Source: Patescibacteria group bacterium (GTDB lineage: Bacteria > Patescibacteriota > Minisyncoccia > UBA6257 > UBA9933). From it: a DNA stretch of 64,000 nt. A program made the position numbers and the translations under genes. Of the stretch, positions 47,166 to 58,390 are shown in pieces. Position 1 is the stretch's first letter, and every line of letters starts with the position of its first letter. The stretch spans positions 1,890-65,889 of the forward strand of contig JBBTPY010000001.1 in the NCBI GenBank assembly GCA_038065955.1, read 5' to 3'. The notes beneath the pieces were generated by a model, which saw nothing but the letters and a program-made list of their open reading frames with translations, was not told where the DNA came from and made no database searches.

Positions 47166-47504
47166 TTATTTTATTCTGAGAATTATTATTTCAGATAATT
47201 TTAATTTATTACTCACTATTTCTGTCATATCTTTGACCGCATCGCTTTCATTTTTAACTAAATATTCCAATAAATCTTCTGCGCTCTCTAATTCAAATGG
47301 AGAATTTGAACATTCAACGCATAAATCAAGAGAAGCTTTTTTAAATTTGTCGTTATAACTCCCATACGGACACTCGCGTTTTTCAGCCCAACATCCATTA
47401 GTTCCAAGCAAATCTTTAACTATCTTAGTAAGTTTTGTTTCACATCCTGCTTCTTCGCAAACTTTAATTAATTCTTCCACGTATTTTTCTAATAAATCAG
47501 ACAT
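47166..47504 (-). CDS. Hypothetical Cys-containing protein
   Basis: AAAGGAGG SD before ATG 47504; hairpin ggttgaccg..cggtcaacc at 47141-47160 as likely terminator. Confidence 0.65.
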   Translation of the reverse strand: MSDLLEKYVEELIKVCEEAGCETKLTKIVKDLLGTNGCWAEKRECPYGSYNDKFKKASLDLCVECSNSPFELESAEDLLEYLVKNESDAVKDMTEIVSNKLKLSEIIILRIK

Positions 47505-47617
47505 AAATTTCCCTCCTTTCATATTTAATTTTAATATTTACTATTCAGTAAAATATCACAATCGCCAAAAATTACAAGTTGCTTTCAATTTTTTTTAAAA
47601 TTATACTTAATTGAATT

Positions 47618-50600
47618 ATGAAATTCGTTCATCTCCATACTCATTCTCATTATTCTCTTTTGGACGGCCTGGCAAAAATTAAAGACTTAATCGCCACGGC
47701 CAAAGAACTTAAGATGAATTCCTTGGCTCTTACCGACCACGGCAATCTCTACGGCGCGATTGAATTTTATAAAGAAGCGAAGGCGGCGGGAATCAAACCT
47801 ATTTTGGGAGCGGAAATTTACGTCGCGCCGAGGACCCGTTTTAACAAAGAAGCGAAAATTGACGACCAATATTTTCATCTGACGCTTTTGGCCGAAAATA
47901 ATATCGGATGGCATAATCTCATTAAATTAATAAGCTCCGCTTATTTGGAAGGTTTTTATTACAAACCGCGGGCCGACAAAGAACTTTTAGAAAAGTACCG
48001 TGAAGGAATTATCGCGCTTTCGGGATGTCTTGGAGGAGAAATCCCCCAGTTTCTCGTAAATGACAATTTTGACGAAGCAAAAAAAACGGCTGAAAAATAC
48101 CGTGAAATTTTCGGCGCGGAAAATTTTTTTCTAGAAATCGGCCATCATCAAAACATTAAAGAATCCGTCAAAGCGAACGCAGTAATGAAAAAACTTTCCG
48201 CGGAAACAGGCATTCCTTTGGTCGCCACCCAAGACATTCATTATCTGAAAAAAGAAGACGCCCAATATCACGATATTCTTTTAGCAGTTCAAACCGGCAA
48301 TAAATTAAGCGACGATGACCGGCTTACCTTAAAAATTGACGATTTTTCAATGCGTTCGCCCGAAGAAATGATTGAATTTTTCAAAGACGCGCCCGAAGCC
48401 ATTGAAAACACCGTTAAAATCGCCGAACGATGCAATGTTAATTTAACTCTCGGGAAAACTCTTCTGCCGTCTTTCCCTATTGAAGAAAATATTTCCGCTA
48501 ACCAATGTTTGGAAAAATTGATTTCAGAAAAATTTCCTAAAAGATTTCCAAATCCCGACGAAAAAATTTTAACGCGCCTGAAATACGAATTGAACGTCAT
48601 TGAAAAAACCGAGTTTGCCGATTATTTTTTAATCGTCGCCGATTTCGTCAACTGGGCGAAAAATCACGGCATTACCGTCGGTCCGGGCCGGGGTTCGGCG
48701 GCCGGCAGTTTAGTGTCTTATATTTTAGGCATTACCGACATTGACCCGCTTAAATACGGCCTGCTTTTTGAAAGATTTTTAAATCCGGACAGAATATCAA
48801 TGCCCGATATTGATTTGGATTTCGCCGATAACCGACGGGACGAAGTGGTGGCTTACGTGCGGCAAAAATATGGCGAAGACCGGGTGGCCCAAATAATCAC
48901 TTTTGGGACGATGGCGGCCCGGGCGGCGATAAGAGACGCCGGCCGGGCATTGGGACTTCCCTACAGCCTTTGCGACCAAATTGCCAAACTGATTCCATTT
49001 AATTTCAAACTGGAAGAAGCGGTTAAAAAAATAAAAGAATTGAACGATTTATATCAAAAAGACCCGGACGCCAAACGCATTATTGAATCGGCTATCCACT
49101 TAGAAGGCGTTGCCCGCCACGCTTCGGTGCACGCCTGCGGCGTGGTGATTTCCAAAGAACCGTTAACCGATTACACGCCGCTCCAATTCGCGCCCAAAGA
49201 TTCAAGCACTATTATCACTCAATTTGAAATGCACAGCATTGAAGATTTGGGACTTCTGAAAATGGATTTTTTGGGACTTAAAAACCTGACTATTATTGAA
49301 GAAACTCTCCGCCTGGTTAAAGAAATGAAAGGCGAGGAAATTGATATTTCTAAAATTCCGCTTAATGACAAAAAGACTTTTGAATTGCTTCAAAAAGCCG
49401 AAACCGTTTCGGTTTTTCAACTGGAATCGGACGGTATGCGGCGTTATTTAAAGGAATTAAAGCCAACTGAATTTGAAGACATTATCGCGATGGTATCGCT
49501 CTATCGCCCCGGACCGATGGAACTGATTCCTTCGTTTATCAACCGCAAACACGGCCGGGAAAAAGTTGAATATCTCCATCCGAAACTTGAACCGATTTTA
49601 AAAAACACTTACGGCATCGGCATTTATCAGGAACAAATGATGAGAATCGCCCAAGACCTGTCCGGCTTTACGCTGGCCGAAGCCGATATTTTAAGAAAAG
49701 CCATCGGTAAAAAAATAAAATCGCTTCTTGATTCCCAGAAAGAAAAATTAATCAAAGGAATGCTGAAAAACGGCATTGAACAAAAAACAGCCAACGCCGT
49801 CTGGGAACTTTTCCCGCCGTTCGCCAAATACGGATTTAACAAATCCCATGCCGCCTGCTACGCGCTTATCGCTTACCAGACCGCCTACTTAAAATCTCAT
49901 TATCCGATTGAATTTATGACCGCCTTATTTAACGCTAATGCCGGCGACATTGAAAGAATCGCTTTTCTGGTTGAAGAAGCAAAAAAAAATAATGTTGCCG
50001 TATTTCCGCCAGACATTAATAAAAGTTTCGTAAATTTCGCTCCTGAACAAAACAATATTCGTTTCGGACTTTTAACCGTTAAAAATGTCGGCGCCAATGT
50101 TATTGAAAGTATTATCGATGAACGGCTTAAAAACAACGATTTCAAAGATTTCTCAGATTTTTTAAACCGAACGCTTCATAAAGATTTAAATAAGAAATCG
50201 TTGGAGAGTTTAATTAAGGCCGGAGTTTTTGACAGTTTTAATATTGAAAGGGGGCTGCTTTTGGCAAATATTGAAAATATCCTGTCTTTCAGTCAAGGCG
50301 TCAAGAAATCGCGAGTATCTTCTCAAAACAATTTATTCGGCTCTGATTTCACAAATGGGTCGCTGAAATTAATTCCCGCTTCGCCGGCGACAAACAAAGA
50401 AAAACTTTCATGGGAAAAAGAACTTGTCGGCTTATACATTTCCGACCATCCGCTTAAAGAATATTCAAATAAATTAAAAGAACTGAAAGTAATGTCCATT
50501 AAAGAATTAAAAAATAAAAAAACAATCGGCGGCGCCTGCCGCGTGGCCGGAGTTATCGTCAAAATCAGAAAAATTTTGACCAAAAACAACGAACCGATGC

Positions 50601-50773
50601 TGTTCGCTAAAATTGAAGATTTGGACGACAATTTGGAAATAGTCGTTTTCCCCGGCGCTTTGGCGAAAAATCCTTCGCTCTGGCGGGAAAATAACATAAT
50701 TATTATTGAAGGCCGGCTGTCCCACAAAGACGCCGAACCGAAACTAATCTGCCAAGGAGCGATTGAATTGTAA
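47618..50773 (+). CDS. dnaE: DNA polymerase III alpha subunit
   Basis: PHP 'HLHTHSHYSLLDG', 'GPGRGSAAGS', 'PDIDLDF', 'LLKMDFLGL', 'YGFNKSH', OB fold. Confidence 0.98.
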   Translation: MKFVHLHTHSHYSLLDGLAKIKDLIATAKELKMNSLALTDHGNLYGAIEFYKEAKAAGIKPILGAEIYVAPRTRFNKEAKIDDQYFHLTLLAENNIGWHNLIKLISSAYLEGFYYKPRADKELLEKYREGIIALSGCLGGEIPQFLVNDNFDEAKKTAEKYREIFGAENFFLEIGHHQNIKESVKANAVMKKLSAETGIPLVATQDIHYLKKEDAQYHDILLAVQTGNKLSDDDRLTLKIDDFSMRSPEEMIEFFKDAPEAIENTVKIAERCNVNLTLGKTLLPSFPIEENISANQCLEKLISEKFPKRFPNPDEKILTRLKYELNVIEKTEFADYFLIVADFVNWAKNHGITVGPGRGSAAGSLVSYILGITDIDPLKYGLLFERFLNPDRISMPDIDLDFADNRRDEVVAYVRQKYGEDRVAQIITFGTMAARAAIRDAGRALGLPYSLCDQIAKLIPFNFKLEEAVKKIKELNDLYQKDPDAKRIIESAIHLEGVARHASVHACGVVISKEPLTDYTPLQFAPKDSSTIITQFEMHSIEDLGLLKMDFLGLKNLTIIEETLRLVKEMKGEEIDISKIPLNDKKTFELLQKAETVSVFQLESDGMRRYLKELKPTEFEDIIAMVSLYRPGPMELIPSFINRKHGREKVEYLHPKLEPILKNTYGIGIYQEQMMRIAQDLSGFTLAEADILRKAIGKKIKSLLDSQKEKLIKGMLKNGIEQKTANAVWELFPPFAKYGFNKSHAACYALIAYQTAYLKSHYPIEFMTALFNANAGDIERIAFLVEEAKKNNVAVFPPDINKSFVNFAPEQNNIRFGLLTVKNVGANVIESIIDERLKNNDFKDFSDFLNRTLHKDLNKKSLESLIKAGVFDSFNIERGLLLANIENILSFSQGVKKSRVSSQNNLFGSDFTNGSLKLIPASPATNKEKLSWEKELVGLYISDHPLKEYSNKLKELKVMSIKELKNKKTIGGACRVAGVIVKIRKILTKNNEPMLFAKIEDLDDNLEIVVFPGALAKNPSLWRENNIIIIEGRLSHKDAEPKLICQGAIEL

Positions 50774-50813
50774 TATCTGACATTTGACATCTAACATCTG
50801 ACAATTAACAATT
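50772..50813. repeat. Degenerate 7-bp tandem repeat (6 units)
   Basis: aatatct gacattt gacatct aacatct gacaatt aacaatt. Confidence 0.8.
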
Positions 50814-50818
50814 AATTT

Positions 50819-52585
50819 ATGAATAATAATTTAGAAAAAATTCGCCACTCGCTTGCCCATTTATTGGCAATGGCGGTTTTGGAAAAATTTCCAAATGCCA
50901 AATTAGGAATCGGTCCGATAATTGAAAACGGATTTTATTATGATTTTGATAAAATTAAAATCAGCGACATCGACTTGCCGGAATTAGAAAAACGAATGCG
51001 AGAGCTGATTAAACAAAATTTAAAATTCAAAAAAGAAATTATCTCCCCTATCGCGGCAAAAAAACTTTTTATCAAACAACAATATAAATTAGAACTAATT
51101 AAAGAACTCCAAAAAGCAAAAAAGACGGCTTTAATTTATAAAACTGCCGAATTTACGGATTTATGCGCCGGACCTCATATTTCTTCCATGAAAGAAATTA
51201 ATCCCGATGCTTTTAAGTTAACCAAAATTGCAGGCGCTTATTGGCGCGGCGACGAAAAAAATCCGATGCTTACGCGCGTTTACGGCGTGGCGTTTGAGAA
51301 TAAAAAAGAACTTGACGAATATCTTAAAAAAATGGAACTGGCGGAAAAATGCGACCATCGCAATATCGGCGAAAAACTGGATTTATTTATGATTGACGAA
51401 GAAATAGGAAAGGGGCTTCCCTTGTGGCTTCCGAAAGGATACGCCATCCGCAAAAAACTGGAAGATTATATTTATAAAATTGAAAAACAAAACGGATATT
51501 CGCATGTTCTTACGCCGCAAATCGCCAAGGACGAACTTTATAAAAAATCGGGACATTTGGCGCATTACAAAAATGATATGTACGCGCCCATTGCGATTGA
51601 TAATGAAAAATATTATTTAAGGCCGATGAATTGTCCGCATCACCATTCCATTTACAAACACTCTAAACGAAGTTATCGCGAATTGCCATTGCGAATCGCC
51701 GAATTCGGCGCGGTTTACCGATATGAACGCTCGGGAGTTTTATCCGGTCTTATCCGCGTGCGAGGATTTACCCAAAACGACGCCCATATTTATGCCACCG
51801 AAGAAACTTTGGAAAAAGAAATTATTTCCATTTTGAATCTCCATAAAAAAGTTTTTGATGATTTTAATATAAAAGATTATTGGTATCGCCTATCCTTGCC
51901 GGATTTCAAAAATAAAGAAAAATTCGGAGATGTAAAAAATAAAAAAATGTGGGAAAACGGCGCGGCAATTCTTAAAAAATCGCTTAAAAATCTTGGCCAC
52001 AAATTTACCGAAGCCGTCGGCGAAGCGTCTTTTTACGGCCCAAAAATAGACATTCAAATGAAAGATTTATACGGCAAAGAAGACACTATCGCCACTATTC
52101 AGATTGATTATTATTCAGCCGAAAAATTCAATCTTTCTTATATTGACAAAGACGGGAAAGAAAAACCGGCAATTGTCATTCACCGCGCGATTTTCGGCTC
52201 ATTTGAAAGATTTTTCGCTTTTCTGATTGAAAAAACCTGCGGCAATTTGCCATTATGGCTCGCGCCGATTCAGGCAAAAATTCTGGCCGTAAGCGAAAAA
52301 TATGACGATTACGCCAAAAAAATCCTGAAAGAATTGGAGAATAACGATATTGCCGCAGAACTTGCCGCAAGCAATGAAACTTTGGGCAAACGCATCCGCG
52401 AAGCCGAACTCCAAAAAATTCCTTATATTTTAATCGTCGGCGACAAAGAATTTCAAAATCAAACCGTCAATATCCGGCATCGCGGGGAAGGTTTATCCGC
52501 CGAAGCCAAAGCGAAGACGGAAGAAATAAAAATTGACGGACTTATTGAAAAAATTAAAAAAGAAATTGAAAATAAAATCGCCTGA
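50819..52585 (+). CDS. thrS: Threonine--tRNA ligase (no N-terminal TGS domain)
   Basis: 'RHSLAH', 'DLCAGPH', 'PMNCPHH', 'YRYERSG', 'FYGPKID', 'HRAIFGSFERF'; in-frame LSAEAKAKT insert near C-terminus. Confidence 0.97.
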   Translation: MNNNLEKIRHSLAHLLAMAVLEKFPNAKLGIGPIIENGFYYDFDKIKISDIDLPELEKRMRELIKQNLKFKKEIISPIAAKKLFIKQQYKLELIKELQKAKKTALIYKTAEFTDLCAGPHISSMKEINPDAFKLTKIAGAYWRGDEKNPMLTRVYGVAFENKKELDEYLKKMELAEKCDHRNIGEKLDLFMIDEEIGKGLPLWLPKGYAIRKKLEDYIYKIEKQNGYSHVLTPQIAKDELYKKSGHLAHYKNDMYAPIAIDNEKYYLRPMNCPHHHSIYKHSKRSYRELPLRIAEFGAVYRYERSGVLSGLIRVRGFTQNDAHIYATEETLEKEIISILNLHKKVFDDFNIKDYWYRLSLPDFKNKEKFGDVKNKKMWENGAAILKKSLKNLGHKFTEAVGEASFYGPKIDIQMKDLYGKEDTIATIQIDYYSAEKFNLSYIDKDGKEKPAIVIHRAIFGSFERFFAFLIEKTCGNLPLWLAPIQAKILAVSEKYDDYAKKILKELENNDIAAELAASNETLGKRIREAELQKIPYILIVGDKEFQNQTVNIRHRGEGLSAEAKAKTEEIKIDGLIEKIKKEIENKIA

Positions 52586-52593
52586 AGTATATC

Positions 52594-52722
52594 TTGAAAA
52601 CCGATGGTTTTCAAACTTTCCTATAATATTCCTGCGGCAAGACCGCAGGAAAATCCGCTACGCGTATTTTAAATATTTACTTTTTAGTCATTTACTCGCA
52701 TATACGAGTAAATGACTAAAAA
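52594..52722. repeat. Three stacked palindromes between convergent genes
   Basis: ttgaaaacc-gat-ggttttcaa (52594-52614); ttcctgcgg-caaga-ccgcaggaa (about 52629-52651); 18-bp stem tttttagtcatttactcg / cgagtaaatgactaaaaa (52681-52722). Confidence 0.75.
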
Positions 52723-52745
52723 TAATTATTGCCTATAATTTAGCA

Positions 52746-53339
52746 TTATATTTTTAACAAACCCCACCACGGCAAAGTTTTAAGCCAAAACTCCGTTATT
52801 AAAATAGTAAAAATCGCCGCAACCGGCCAAAAATAATACAAAGAAAGGCGCTCGCCTATTAACGACCAACGACCGACAATTAACGATAAAACAACGGCAA
52901 TCGCGAGAATAAAAACAATATAAAACAGCGTTCCGGGATAACTGGCCAAAAAAATTGAAACCCCGCCGAACCAATATTCTTCCGGATAAAAAAACCGCTC
53001 TTCGTATTTTTGGTTATACTTTTTGGCGGCAAAAATAAATAAAACCGCCGCTAAAAGCGACAGCAAATAAGGCGCGAAAAATCTGGTGCCGACATAAAAT
53101 ATAAAATAACTGATGCTTTGATGAGGGGAAAGAAAAAATTTTGAAATTTCGCCTTGCGACCAATTTTGATATTGCTGATAAGAAAGATAAATTAAATATC
53201 CAAAAATAAATATTACAGAGAAAATAAAAATTCGGCGAAAAAATAGAGATTTATTATTAATCGCCAACGAGGAGCGTCCGCTAAAAGCGGACGCTCCCAT
53301 AATAATTAAAATAATTATTAGCGAAAAGTAAAACAACAT
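52746..53339 (-). CDS. Multi-pass membrane protein downstream of the pilin
   Basis: About five TM helices; 20 bp after the pilin stop. Confidence 0.7.
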   Translation of the reverse strand: MLFYFSLIIILIIMGASAFSGRSSLAINNKSLFFRRIFIFSVIFIFGYLIYLSYQQYQNWSQGEISKFFLSPHQSISYFIFYVGTRFFAPYLLSLLAAVLFIFAAKKYNQKYEERFFYPEEYWFGGVSIFLASYPGTLFYIVFILAIAVVLSLIVGRWSLIGERLSLYYFWPVAAIFTILITEFWLKTLPWWGLLKI

Positions 53340-53359
53340 CTTTTTTATCTGTTAAAAAA

Positions 53360-53974
53360 TTAAAGATCAAAACCGGGATCAGTACCAGTTTCATAAAAAC
53401 CAGTTGTAGCTGTTATCCCGCATCCTGTCAAAGGCACGGAAACCATAGGCCTGTCTCCTCCATCATCTGCCATTTTTTGCCTGTATTTAGTACTTTCCAA
53501 ACAAGCATTCAACTCAAAAGTTAAGGCTGATTGATCGCAAGCATAACGATATATCAAATCACCAGAATTCGTCGGATCAATTGGCAAAATAGCTAAAGGC
53601 GCGCCGCCAAAAACAGCTGAAATATCAACGGGCAACCAACCATTACCGTTAACTTCTCTAGTTACGTCAACAGCGTTGGTGGTTCTATTTGCAAAACTCT
53701 GTGTTGCTGGTGTTGCTGCTGCATATACGCGTCCGCCGGCGCCGGCAGCGCACTCCGAATTAGCCAACACACCACCATTCAAATCCGGCAACGTTGCGTC
53801 TGAAAGATATAATCCAATAGCAGCGCGAACAGCATCAACATCACTCAATCTTTGGCTGTCTCTCGCCTGCGCCAATAGCTGGGCCGGATTTAAAACCAAA
53901 GTAACGGCCGAGGCCAAAATCGCCAAAATACCGATAACGATCAATAATTCAAGTAAAGTAAAACCTTTTCTCAT
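53360..53974 (-). CDS. Type IV pilin-like protein
   Basis: Class III signal 'MRKG|FTLLELLIVIGILAIL', 'ARDSQR.SD', 'LPIDP'. Confidence 0.92.
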   Translation of the reverse strand: MRKGFTLLELLIVIGILAILASAVTLVLNPAQLLAQARDSQRLSDVDAVRAAIGLYLSDATLPDLNGGVLANSECAAGAGGRVYAAATPATQSFANRTTNAVDVTREVNGNGWLPVDISAVFGGAPLAILPIDPTNSGDLIYRYACDQSALTFELNACLESTKYRQKMADDGGDRPMVSVPLTGCGITATTGFYETGTDPGFDL

Positions 53975-54067
53975 AAATTATTACTATATATTAAACTCTT
54001 GCGACCTTTTTATAATTATAGCAAGGATTTTTTAAAAATTAAAAGGAGGGTTGTGGATAACTTTATA

Positions 54068-54442
54068 TTAAGGTTTTTTAAGAAAAGTTTTTATTTTCCC
54101 TATCAGTTCGTCTATGGAAATTTTCGCTTTAATAAAATATTCAATCGCTCCGAGCTGTTTGCTTTTGGCGACATCTTCCGGCTGACCTAAATTAGATATG
54201 ACAATAATCGGCATTCCTTTATTAATTTGAGGGTCGGAAGCCATCTCTTCCATTACTTCAAAACCGGTTTTTTTCGGAAGAATTAAATCTAATAAAATTA
54301 AAGCCGGTGAAAATTCTCGCAAGCGGTTTAAAGCCTCCTCTCCGTCTTTAGCTAAAACCACTTCCAAATCCTCTTTCTGAAGCCGATTTTTCAACAGAGA
54401 AGATAAAAACGGGTCATCTTCAACTAAAAGAATTTTATCCAT
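54068..54442 (-). CDS. Single-domain response regulator
   Basis: 'ILLVEDD', 'LLDLILP...GFEV', 'ISN', 'GA.EYFIK'. Confidence 0.93.
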   Translation of the reverse strand: MDKILLVEDDPFLSSLLKNRLQKEDLEVVLAKDGEEALNRLREFSPALILLDLILPKKTGFEVMEEMASDPQINKGMPIIVISNLGQPEDVAKSKQLGAIEYFIKAKISIDELIGKIKTFLKKP

Positions 54443-54524
54443 TGATAAATTTTAACGCTTTATATAAAAGAGAGCAAGGTTTAATCATTGACTAAGTTTA
54501 TTTTTTGACTATATTAAATTAGAC

Positions 54525-54599
54525 GGACCCGTAGTGTAGCCCGGTTAACACGTCTCCCTGTCACGGAGAAGATCGCCGGTTCAAATCCGGTCGGGTCCG
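54525..54599 (+). tRNA. tRNA-Asp(GTC)
   Basis: Acceptor GGACCCG/CGGGTCC, anticodon arm TCTCC-CTGTCAC-GGAGA, T-loop GTTCAAATC; CCA not encoded. Confidence 0.96.
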
Positions 54600-54605
54600 C
54601 AAATA

Positions 54606-55103
54606 TCAATCAATCAACCCAAATTCTTGAAAAGCTTTTTTATAAATTTCAATGCACATCCAAGCCTCGCCGCGAGCAAGTTTAAAATCCGGTTCGTGAA
54701 CGATGCGGTTTCTTATTTTGTGCGCCTGCCAAATTTCGGAAATATTAGAAAGCTGAGCCGGAACGATTTGCTTCAAGCGATCGCTCATTGTTTCTCCTTT
54801 GTAACCGCTAAGTTTTAACAGTTCGTCTAAAACCTTATCGGATTCAATAATGGCCAATTTTAAATTAGAATCGTCTCCCGTATTAAATCTTTTTAAAATC
54901 TGTTTCCAAGCTTTAACTGTTCTTCTTTTGGACAGCCGATTTTTTCCCAAAATATCGAAAAAATACCGCGCCTCTTCGCCGATAAAATGAGTTTTGACAA
55001 TAATAAAAATTATCAACCAAAGAAAAATGCCGGAGATAATCAACGATGCCAATTCAAACCAAAATAAATTATTGGAAACAAATTTTAAAAATAATCTAAT
55101 CAT
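54606..55103 (-). CDS. Hypothetical membrane-anchored protein with RxxxxH motif
   Basis: N-terminal TM; 'LAIIESDK.LD..LK..GY.GETM.DRLK...W.AHKIRNRIVH'. Confidence 0.75.
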   Translation of the reverse strand: MIRLFLKFVSNNLFWFELASLIISGIFLWLIIFIIVKTHFIGEEARYFFDILGKNRLSKRRTVKAWKQILKRFNTGDDSNLKLAIIESDKVLDELLKLSGYKGETMSDRLKQIVPAQLSNISEIWQAHKIRNRIVHEPDFKLARGEAWMCIEIYKKAFQEFGLID

Positions 55104-56544
55104 TTTTTATCGCTAGTTGTTCGTAATGTTTTCCTATTCCCAAAATATCCGCTTCATGAAATGGTTTGCCGATTAATTGAAAACCAACCGGCAATTCGTC
55201 TTGATATTTTTTTACCGGTATGGAAATCGCCGGCAAGCCGGCCAAATTAACGGGAATCGTAAAAATATCTTCTAAATACATTTTAAGCGGGTCTTTTGTT
55301 TTCTCGCCGATTTTGAAAGCGGGCGTTGGCGAAACAGGAGTTAAAATCACATCAACTTCCTTAAACGCTTTATCAAAATCTTCTTTTATCAATCGCCTGA
55401 CTTTCTGAGCTTTAATATAATAAGCGTCATAATAACCCGATGAAAGAACGAATGTGCCTAAAATAATTCTTCGTTTTACTTCCTCGCCAAAACCCTCACC
55501 CCGAGTTTTTAAATATATATCTTTAAGATTTAAAATTTCAGATTTCAGATTTAAGAAGCGCGAATAACGAATACCGTCGAATCGCGCCATGTTCGCGCTC
55601 ACTTCCGCCGGCATAATAATATAATAGCAAGACAAAGCGTATTTTGTGTGAGGTAAACTGATTTCCTTAAATTCTATTTTTAGAGATTTTAGATTTTTAA
55701 TCGCTTCTTCTATTCCATTTTCCACTTCTTTGCTTAATCCACCGGCAAAATATTCCTTCGGCAACCCAATGGTAAAATTTTGTATCTTGTATTTTGTATC
55801 TTGTATTTTGTATTTATAATCAATGGATGTTGAATCAAGTTCGTCTTTGCCGGCAATCGCTTCAAATAAAATTGCCGCATCTTCAACGGTTTTGGCAATC
55901 GGCCCGATTTGGTCAAGCGAAGAAGCCATAGCAATCAAACCATAACGCGAAACGGCGCCATAAGTCGGTTTTAATCCGACAACTCCGCAAAAACCGGCCG
56001 GTTGGCGAATAGAACCGCCGGTGTCGGAACCCAAAGCCGCAACGCACATATCCGAAGCCACAGCCGCAGCCGAACCGCCGGAAGAACCGCCCGGCACCCG
56101 CTCCAAATCATTAGGATTTTTAGTAATCTTAAATGCCGAATTTTCCGTTGAAGAACCCATGGCAAACTCATCCATATTGGTTTTGCCGAGAAAAATTACT
56201 CCGGCTGATTTCAATTTCTCAATTACCGCCGCGTCATAACTTGCCCTGTAATTTCCCAAAATTTTTGAAGCGGCAGTTGCCGGCTCGCCATCAATTAAAA
56301 TATTATCTTTAATGGCTATCGGCGCTCCGGACAAAATTCCTAATTCTTTCCCTTTAGCTAATTCAATGTCAACTTTATTCGCCTGCGACAAAGCCAAATC
56401 TTTAGTCAACCTCAAATAAGCGCCGATTTCCCTATCTTTTTCTTCAATATAATCAAAAAAAACCTTTGTGACTTCAAAGGCGGAAAAATCTTTATTTGCC
56501 AATCCATTATGAAATTTTTTAATGGTTAAATTTTTTAAATCCAT
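55096..56544 (-). CDS. gatA: Asp/Glu-tRNA amidotransferase subunit A
   Basis: 'AIKDNI', 'GKTNMDEFAMGSS', 'GGSSGGSAA', 'GSDTGGSIRQPA', 'EVKRRI.LGT'; two in-frame heptamer tracts. Confidence 0.97.
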   Translation of the reverse strand: MDLKNLTIKKFHNGLANKDFSAFEVTKVFFDYIEEKDREIGAYLRLTKDLALSQANKVDIELAKGKELGILSGAPIAIKDNILIDGEPATAASKILGNYRASYDAAVIEKLKSAGVIFLGKTNMDEFAMGSSTENSAFKITKNPNDLERVPGGSSGGSAAAVASDMCVAALGSDTGGSIRQPAGFCGVVGLKPTYGAVSRYGLIAMASSLDQIGPIAKTVEDAAILFEAIAGKDELDSTSIDYKYKIQDTKYKIQNFTIGLPKEYFAGGLSKEVENGIEEAIKNLKSLKIEFKEISLPHTKYALSCYYIIMPAEVSANMARFDGIRYSRFLNLKSEILNLKDIYLKTRGEGFGEEVKRRIILGTFVLSSGYYDAYYIKAQKVRRLIKEDFDKAFKEVDVILTPVSPTPAFKIGEKTKDPLKMYLEDIFTIPVNLAGLPAISIPVKKYQDELPVGFQLIGKPFHEADILGIGKHYEQLAIKND

Positions 56545-56554
56545 ATTTAAAATA

Positions 56555-56842
56555 TCATTCAAATACCGCCGGCACTTTTAAAAATCCGTTTTCTTTTTCC
56601 GGAAAAGCGTCAATCAATTTTCTACTCGTACCCGCTCCCATAAATTCGTCTTCGCGAAAAACATTTTTTTCAATCGTTCCGCCCGACATCGACTCAATAT
56701 TTTTCGTGTCAACTTCTTTAAGTTCTTCAAAATAATCAAAAATCGCCTGAATGTCTTTAAGTAATTTGTCCTCGCTTTTTTCATTTAATTCAATTTTTGA
56801 AAGTTCAGCCAAATATTTTAAATTTTGCTTGTCGATTTTCAT
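56555..56842 (-). CDS. gatC: Asp/Glu-tRNA amidotransferase subunit C
   Basis: 'LAELSKIEL', 'FRED', 'FLKVP.V'; directly upstream of gatA. Confidence 0.92.
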   Translation of the reverse strand: MKIDKQNLKYLAELSKIELNEKSEDKLLKDIQAIFDYFEELKEVDTKNIESMSGGTIEKNVFREDEFMGAGTSRKLIDAFPEKENGFLKVPAVFE

Positions 56843-56853
56843 TTTTTATTTTT

Positions 56854-57237
56854 TTATTTACGAGATTTTAATTCTTCAAGGTCTTTATCTATATGTTCAA
56901 TTTGTAATTGAATTTCTTTAAGCGAATCTTTTTCCATTTTGATTTCTTCTTCGGTTTTTTCAATCATCTTTTTCTCTTGTTTTAATCCTGAAATAATTAC
57001 CTTATCGCCGATAAAAAAATAAACAAAAAGGCCGGTTAAAAGAAGAAGAACAACGCTTACAAAAATCGAAACGGGACCATTCATAAACGGAAACATATCA
57101 GCTGTCATCCACACCCCGCGCCAAAAAAGCACTATTCCAACAGCTCCGATAAAAGCGTATAAAATAGGCCGACGGCTCAAAATAGTTCTGATTTTATCTT
57201 CTAATTTGTCAAAAAATTTTACAATTTTATGTATCAT
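56854..57237 (-). CDS. Hypothetical membrane protein
   Basis: 'FFDKLED.IR..LSR.PI.YA.IG..GIVLFWRGVW', two TMs plus coiled-coil. Confidence 0.75.
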   Translation of the reverse strand: MIHKIVKFFDKLEDKIRTILSRRPILYAFIGAVGIVLFWRGVWMTADMFPFMNGPVSIFVSVVLLLLTGLFVYFFIGDKVIISGLKQEKKMIEKTEEEIKMEKDSLKEIQLQIEHIDKDLEELKSRK

Positions 57238-57290
57238 AATTAAAAATATTATACCTTTTCCATGGCCGTTTGCAATTTAATTAATATATC

Positions 57291-58292
<1,002 letters not shown>

Positions 58293-58327
58293 TTATCAAA
58301 ATTACGCTTGTTTTTCAATAAAAAAAT

Positions 58328-58353
58328 AGGCCAAGCTTTTTAGGGCTTGACCT
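58328..58353 (-). terminator. Intrinsic terminator of the orphan gene
   Basis: Minus strand aggtcaagc...gcttggcct followed by atttttt. Confidence 0.65.
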
Positions 58354-58390
58354 TAGTGAATCCTCGGCAAAAGGACTAAATTTAACGCTA

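Noticed and set aside
14534-54061. DnaA-box matches TGTGGATAA at 14534 and 54052 as oriC
   Set aside because: Isolated single boxes, no cluster and no dnaA/dnaN nearby; at most promoter-associated sites
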